A stretch of 64,000 nucleotides of DNA, taken from Chloroflexota bacterium (GTDB lineage: Bacteria > Chloroflexota > Dehalococcoidia > JAUQQI01). The notes under the pieces are model-generated. The model saw nothing but the letters and a program-made list of their open reading frames with translations, had not been told where the DNA came from and did no database searches. The position numbers and the translations under genes were made by a program. The stretch is taken from contig PSKS01000004.1 of the NCBI GenBank assembly GCA_040289115.1, forward strand, positions 36,064 through 100,063, in the 5' to 3' direction. The first letter of the stretch is position 1. Every line of letters begins with the position of its first letter. Below, in pieces: positions 59,094 to 64,000 of this stretch.

Positions 59094-59801
59094 TTACGCC
59101 GAACGGCGGAGGCGGGAGCGCACCCACTTTAGGTCCTGGGGCCGTAAAAGCAGGAGCCCGGCGACAAGCACCCCCACCGTGACCACCGCCGGCACCACCC
59201 AGTCAACTAAGGGCAGAAACTGGACCCAATACTGGTATACGAAGCTGTCGTGGACCAGCATTCCCCCGGCAACCCAGGCCAGGATGCCCGACCCCAGGTA
59301 GACAAAGCCGGGAAATTGGTCGAGGATACTGGCTACTAGCCGGCCGCCAGCCATCAGGATGGCGATGCTCAGAATCAGACCGAAAACCAGCACCGGGATG
59401 TTGCCCTTGGAGGCGCCGGCAATGGCCAGCACGTTGTCCAGGCTCATTACGATGTCGGCGATGATTATCGTCTGAACGGCATCCCAGAGGCCAGTGACGG
59501 CCTCGGCCACGTGGGTTCCATCGCCATGGGCAACCTCAACGGGCCTGAGCAGTTTTACGGCGATCCAGATCAGGATGAGGCCCCCGATAAACTGGAGCAG
59601 GGGCAGGCCCAAAATGAGAGCCGCCACCGCCGTGAGAGTGATCCGCAATACCATGGCCCCCAAGGCCCCCAGGGCCACGGCGATGTTGCGCTGGTGCCGG
59701 GGTAGCCGGTAGGCCGCCATCCCGATGACCACGGCATTGTCGCCCGCCAGGGCAAGGTCAATAACCACTATGCCTAAGATGTTTGGAAGCAGCTCGATCA
59801 T
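59094..59801 (-). CDS. TerC-family integral membrane protein
   Basis: LAGDNAVVIGMAA and MSLDNVLAIAGA duplicated TerC motifs. 7 TM. Confidence 0.8.
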   Translation of the reverse strand: MIELLPNILGIVVIDLALAGDNAVVIGMAAYRLPRHQRNIAVALGALGAMVLRITLTAVAALILGLPLLQFIGGLILIWIAVKLLRPVEVAHGDGTHVAEAVTGLWDAVQTIIIADIVMSLDNVLAIAGASKGNIPVLVFGLILSIAILMAGGRLVASILDQFPGFVYLGSGILAWVAGGMLVHDSFVYQYWVQFLPLVDWVVPAVVTVGVLVAGLLLLRPQDLKWVRSRLRRSA

Positions 59802-59824
59802 TACGGAAAGCCTGGCCTTCCGGC

Positions 59825-61375
59825 CTACTCGCTAGATTTTACCACGCGGATACCCTTTAGCAGGGCCAAAACCCGACCCTTAAACAGCCCGGCCTCGGGG
59901 GTCCGGAGCAGGTAAAGCACACCCCAGTAGGCGGCCAGTCCCGTCCCACCCCCAACCCCCACCTGCCACAGGTTTACGGCCAGCCCCCCGAGCAATCCGG
60001 GCGGGACCGCCCCGGAGCCGACGGCAGCGACGGCGGCGGCCGCTGCCCCCGCCACCAGCCCCCGCCCCACTGCATCTCCCAGGGGCCGCAGGTTCCGGCC
60101 CAGCAGGGACCGCCCGACCCAAACCATCACTACGGCGTGGGATACCCATTGGACGGAGTTGGCCAGGGCCAGGCCCGGCATCCCCAGGGGACCGAGCAGG
60201 GCCACCGCCGTTACCCCGTACAAGAGGACCGCAAAGACCCCGACCACTACCGGGGTTACGGTGTTCTGCCGGGCATAGAAGGCGTAGATGAGCTGCTGGT
60301 CCAGGGCCGCCGCCGGCAGACCCGGCAGGTAGGCTAACAGAGCCAGGGCAGTGCGGTCGGTATCTGCCGGGCCGAACTGGCCCCGCTCAAAGAGCAGGCC
60401 CACCAGGGGCCGACGCAGAACCAGCATTACCACCGCCAGCCCCCAGGTAAGGAGCCAGACCCAGCGGACCATCGCCGTAAGGGTTGCCTCGTAGTCGGAC
60501 CGGGTGTCGTCAGCGGCCTGACGGGTAAGGGTGGGCAGGGCGGCCAGGCCGATGGAGCCCCCAACGAAACCGATGGCGAACTGGATGATGTTGGTGGCAA
60601 AGCGCATTGCTGTCAGGTCCCCGGGGCCGGTGAAAGAGGCTAGGTAGGTGTCAAGGGCGACCCCGGCGGTGGAAACCAACAGGCCCAGGAAGACCGGAAC
60701 GTAGAGCCGGCTAACCTTCCGCAGTCCGGGATGGGCCAAGTTGAGTTCAAGGTTCACCGGAAGGCCCCTAAGACCCCCCGCCTGCCAAAGGAGGTGGGCC
60801 AGGGCGCCCGTGGTGAAGCTTAAGGCCAGGGCGGCCACCCCTAACTGCCGAAAAAAGACGGCGCTCAGCCCGAAGACCAGGTTGAGGACAGCCGCCCCGA
60901 AGGCCGGGAAGACAAACCGGCGCCGGGCCACGCTTACCCCAGCCAGAACGCCCCCCAGCGAGAGGCAGGGCAACACCGGCGCCATCAGCCGCAGCAGCTC
61001 TCCGGCCAGCCTCCGGTCTTCGGGGAGGTAACCGGGTAGGATAAATTCGGCCAAGGGCATGGCCAGCAGCCACAGGAGGACGGTCACCACGGCCAGGCCG
61101 ACGGTGACTGCAATAAGGAGGGTGCCGACGAGCCGGCCGCCCTCCTTGGGGTTCTCCGCCAGGTAGTTGGTTATAACGGGGACCAGGGCGGCCGTGACGA
61201 CCCCCCCGACCAGCAGGTCGTAGAGGGTGGTGGGGACCCGGGCGGCGGCGGTGAAGAGGTCGGTCTCCCGGGTGCGGCCGTAAAGGGCGGCGATAAGCTG
61301 CTCCCGGACCAGACCCAGGACCCGGGAGCCCAAAGACCCAGCCATCAGGATCAGGCTGGCCGTGGCGATGCGCAT
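59825..61375 (-). CDS. murJ: Lipid II flippase MurJ (MviN)
   Basis: SRVLGLVREQLIAALYG...DLFTAA N-terminal MurJ signature. 14 TM. 516 aa. Confidence 0.85.
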   Translation of the reverse strand: MRIATASLILMAGSLGSRVLGLVREQLIAALYGRTRETDLFTAAARVPTTLYDLLVGGVVTAALVPVITNYLAENPKEGGRLVGTLLIAVTVGLAVVTVLLWLLAMPLAEFILPGYLPEDRRLAGELLRLMAPVLPCLSLGGVLAGVSVARRRFVFPAFGAAVLNLVFGLSAVFFRQLGVAALALSFTTGALAHLLWQAGGLRGLPVNLELNLAHPGLRKVSRLYVPVFLGLLVSTAGVALDTYLASFTGPGDLTAMRFATNIIQFAIGFVGGSIGLAALPTLTRQAADDTRSDYEATLTAMVRWVWLLTWGLAVVMLVLRRPLVGLLFERGQFGPADTDRTALALLAYLPGLPAAALDQQLIYAFYARQNTVTPVVVGVFAVLLYGVTAVALLGPLGMPGLALANSVQWVSHAVVMVWVGRSLLGRNLRPLGDAVGRGLVAGAAAAAVAAVGSGAVPPGLLGGLAVNLWQVGVGGGTGLAAYWGVLYLLRTPEAGLFKGRVLALLKGIRVVKSSE

Positions 61376-61860
61376 CAGCCGTGGCGCTCCATGATTTTGC
61401 GGATGATCTCCGACGTGGAGTAACCGGGCGCAAACTCCAGCGTCCGGACCTCACCCCCGTAGGCCCTGACCACCTCGGCCTCTGGCCAGCGGTCGGGCCC
61501 TACCCCGGCGTAGTCACCCCCCTTAACGTAGACATCCGGACGGATAAACTTAACCAGTTCGGCGGCCGTGTCCTCGTCGAAAATGACCACAAAGTCCACG
61601 GACCCCAGGGCCGCCAGCACCTCGGCCCGGGACGCCTCATCCTGAATCGGCCGCCCCGGGCCTTTAATCCGCCGGACCGAGGCGTCGGAGTTAAGGCCGA
61701 CGATGAGCACATCCCCAAGGGCCCGGGCGGCCGTCAGGTAGCGGACGTGGCCGGGGTGGAGAAGGTCAAATACGCCGTTGGTGAAGACGAGCTTTTTGCC
61801 GGCCGCCCGGAGGCTTTCGACCACCAGGCCCAGCTCGGTGCGGGAGAGGACCTTACCCAC
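61375..61860 (-). CDS. D-glycero-beta-D-manno-heptose 1-phosphate adenylyltransferase (RfaE domain II-like cytidylyltransferase)
   Basis: TNGVFDLLHPGHVRYL is the (H/T)xGH nucleotidyltransferase motif. 161-aa standalone domain. Confidence 0.75.
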   Translation of the reverse strand: MGKVLSRTELGLVVESLRAAGKKLVFTNGVFDLLHPGHVRYLTAARALGDVLIVGLNSDASVRRIKGPGRPIQDEASRAEVLAALGSVDFVVIFDEDTAAELVKFIRPDVYVKGGDYAGVGPDRWPEAEVVRAYGGEVRTLEFAPGYSTSEIIRKIMERHG

Positions 61861-62641
61861 CGCCTAAGCTTAGACCGGCCGTCCAAAGGACCCCCAGCAA
61901 CACCCCGACGACCAGGGCCAGTTCAAGCCCCTGGCGGCGGTCAAGGGTGTGGGTGAGGTAGGCGCCGGCCAGCTGGGTGATGGCAAAAAAGGCGAGCATG
62001 AGGGTTCCGCCCCCGGCCACCGTGCTGATGGGCCAGTAGTTTAAGGCCCAGGTGAGCTCCCCCATAACCAGAAAGACCACCAGGTAGTAAACCCAGCCGC
62101 TCTGGCTCGCCGGCTGGTGACCCGCCCGCAGGGCGGCCCAGAGCAGGGCACTGACCGCCCCGATACCGGTGGCTGTGAACAGGCTGCGCTCCCGGGTGCC
62201 GAAGATTGCGGTGAAGATAACCAGCCCCAGCAGGTAAACCAGCAGGCCGTACCAGAGGCGGAAAGGGGATACGGCCGGCTCAAAGTGAGCCCGGCCCTCC
62301 ATCAGGACCGTTAGGGGCAGCAGGCCCAGCCCCGCCCCGACCACCCCCCAAGCCCAGGGGCTCCCCCGGACGATGAACAGCCCTGCGGCCAGCACAAGGG
62401 TCATAAGACCGGGCAGGATGCCCACCGGCGTAAGCCCCCGGCCGAACGGGTTGAAGCGAATACACCCGACCGAAACCACCCCAACCACCCCGGCCGCGGC
62501 CGGCCAGAAATATTCGGCCGGCACGGCCGTCAGGGCCCCAAGGCCACCCGCGGCTACGGCCGTAAGGCCGACGAGGCGGCCGAGGCTGAACCGCCTTACC
62601 CGACGCCAGGGCCTGAACGTTACCGGACCGGCCCGCCTCAT
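61853..62641 (-). CDS. Hypothetical polytopic membrane protein
   Basis: 262 aa with 6-7 hydrophobic segments. Coding-like GC3. No family recognised. Confidence 0.45.
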   Translation of the reverse strand: MRRAGPVTFRPWRRVRRFSLGRLVGLTAVAAGGLGALTAVPAEYFWPAAAGVVGVVSVGCIRFNPFGRGLTPVGILPGLMTLVLAAGLFIVRGSPWAWGVVGAGLGLLPLTVLMEGRAHFEPAVSPFRLWYGLLVYLLGLVIFTAIFGTRERSLFTATGIGAVSALLWAALRAGHQPASQSGWVYYLVVFLVMGELTWALNYWPISTVAGGGTLMLAFFAITQLAGAYLTHTLDRRQGLELALVVGVLLGVLWTAGLSLGGG

Positions 62642-63000
62642 TGGAGCCCCAACTCCGCCAGCCGGTCCTCACTTAGACCCAATACGTGCCCCACCTCGTG
62701 AAGGACCGTCCGCTCGACTTCGACGGCTAGCAGCCTCCGGTCGCCCCCGCAGGCCCGAACCAGCGGGCCCCGGTAAATGACGATCCGGTCGGGCAGAAGG
62801 GGCTCCGCCCCGGCCCGGGCCGGGAGGGGCTGCCCAAAATACTGCCCGAAAAGCTCCTCCGAACCTCCGGGCTCTTCCTCAACAATGACGGCCACGTTCT
62901 CCAACACCGCCCGAAATTCGGGGGGCAGCCGGCGGATGGCCCGCCGAACCAGCCGGTCAAAGAACCTCGGGTCTACAGACGCCCGCACGTACCTGGACAC
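62638..63000 (-). CDS. Metallopeptidase-family protein (minimal zincin, DUF1025-like)
   Basis: HEVGHVLG HExxH motif in a 120-aa protein. Confidence 0.6.
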   Translation of the reverse strand: MSRYVRASVDPRFFDRLVRRAIRRLPPEFRAVLENVAVIVEEEPGGSEELFGQYFGQPLPARAGAEPLLPDRIVIYRGPLVRACGGDRRLLAVEVERTVLHEVGHVLGLSEDRLAELGLQ

Positions 63001-63022
63001 AGCGCTACCCTATCGGTATAAT
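62994..63022 (+). promoter_or_regulatory. Near-consensus sigma70 promoter (TGGACA-N17-TATAAT) upstream of the flippase-like gene
   Basis: -35 TGGACA at 62994-62999, 17-nt spacer, -10 TATAAT at 63017-63022. A GAAGGGGG RBS precedes ATG 63109. Confidence 0.4.
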
Positions 63023-63108
63023 GGCAACGACATGGGTCGGTTTGCAAGCCGCCATTTACCGGCAAAATTTTTTCGAAATATCCCAGCCTGAGGATTGGGG
63101 GAAGGGGG

Positions 63109-64000
63109 ATGGCCCCGGTCGGCCGGGTAAAGGCGGTCCTTAAGCTTACCCGGCGGCGGACGGCCTGGTGGAACTGGGCCGGCACTATCCTGGGCCTCGG
63201 CCTCCTAGGCCTGGTAGTTGCCCGCGCCGACCCGGCGGCGGTCTGGGCCGCCTGGCGGGAAGGAAACCCCGGCTGGCTGGCGGCCGGGGCCATCCTCTAC
63301 TTTCTCGCCCCCTGGCTCCGGGCCTGGCGCTGGCAGCTCCTCCTTGGGGGAATCGCCCGTTTGGGCCGGTGGGAGCTTTTCGGCCTCACCCTCACTGGCT
63401 ACGCCCTGAACAACCTGATTCCCGGGCGGGCCGGGGACCTGGCCCGCATCACCCTTTTGAGCCTCCGCCACGGCCTCCCCTGGCCCACCGTCGGGGCCAC
63501 CGCCCTGGCCGAACGGGTGCTGGACGGCCTGAGCCTGGTGAGCCTGTTGTTCCTGGGCCTGGGCCTTACGCGGTTTCCGGACTGGGGATTTTTAGCCGGG
63601 CTGATCGGGGCGGGGGTCTTCCTGGGGGCTTTGGCCCTGGCCTGGGCAACCTTAAAATTCGGGCCCGAAGGGCCCCAGGGCCTTCGGCGGGTTATCGGGG
63701 AGGTTCGGCGGGGCCTTTCGGGCCTGGGTCAACCCGGAGTTCTGGGGGCCTCGGCCCTGCTCACCCTGGCTAGCTGGGTTATCGAAGCGGGGGTCTTCCT
63801 CTGCGTCGGCCGGGCCCTTAGCCTCGGCTTAGGCCTGCCCGAGCATCTGGTGGTGGCCTCGGTGGGCAACCTGGCCTGGGCCGTGCCCCTGGCCCCCGGC
63901 GGGGCCGGCAGCTTCGACCTGGCGGTGCGGGAGGCGGCCGCCGCCCTGGGTACCGGGGCCGAAGCCGCCGCCTTCAGCCTACTGGTCCACCTGGTACTCT
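63109..64000 (+). CDS. Lysylphosphatidylglycerol-synthase-TM-region-like / flippase-like (UPF0104) membrane protein, 3' partial
   Basis: YALNNLIPGRAGDLARI is the hallmark motif of the UPF0104/MprF TM-domain family. The ORF has no stop within the window. Confidence 0.55.
   Translation, partial: MAPVGRVKAVLKLTRRRTAWWNWAGTILGLGLLGLVVARADPAAVWAAWREGNPGWLAAGAILYFLAPWLRAWRWQLLLGGIARLGRWELFGLTLTGYALNNLIPGRAGDLARITLLSLRHGLPWPTVGATALAERVLDGLSLVSLLFLGLGLTRFPDWGFLAGLIGAGVFLGALALAWATLKFGPEGPQGLRRVIGEVRRGLSGLGQPGVLGASALLTLASWVIEAGVFLCVGRALSLGLGLPEHLVVASVGNLAWAVPLAPGGAGSFDLAVREAAAALGTGAEAAAFSLLVHLVL

Overview
High-GC (about 65-70%) bacterial chromosomal segment. The conserved gene order (dnaX-ybaB-recR-recO; rsmD-coaD-DUF177-rpmF-fabD-fabG-acpP; uppS-frr-pyrH-tsf-rpsB) resembles Gram-positive/Bacillota-type genomes, possibly a thermophilic high-GC lineage; I cannot assign a taxon from sequence alone. 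The window is mostly housekeeping genes interspersed with accessory modules. No rRNA, tRNA or CRISPR array was found. The feature I consider most interesting is a bacterial eRF1/Pelota-like protein sitting directly downstream of clpB. Its catalytic GGQ glutamine is replaced (KQGGWS) and it carries a C-terminal Cys4 zinc ribbon, suggesting a disaggregase-coupled ribosome or nascent-chain rescue module. Other notable items are: a tandem pair of GT-C (ArnT/PMT-like) membrane glycosyltransferases sharing a novel repeated C-terminal domain of about 110 aa; a KaiC/RadA-like ATPase plus HTH protein pair next to an ISAs1-family transposase remnant; a peptide/nickel ABC substrate-binding gene that is 5'-truncated (pseudogene) at the edge of this apparently inserted block; a DnaQ-like exonuclease fused to a WYL domain; an SDR epimerase with a Cys4 insertion; an orphan xanthine-dehydrogenase Mo subunit; hslU without hslV; and nusB inserted between fabG and acpP. 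All coordinates and calls are from manual reading of the six-frame translations, and gene starts are approximate where noted.
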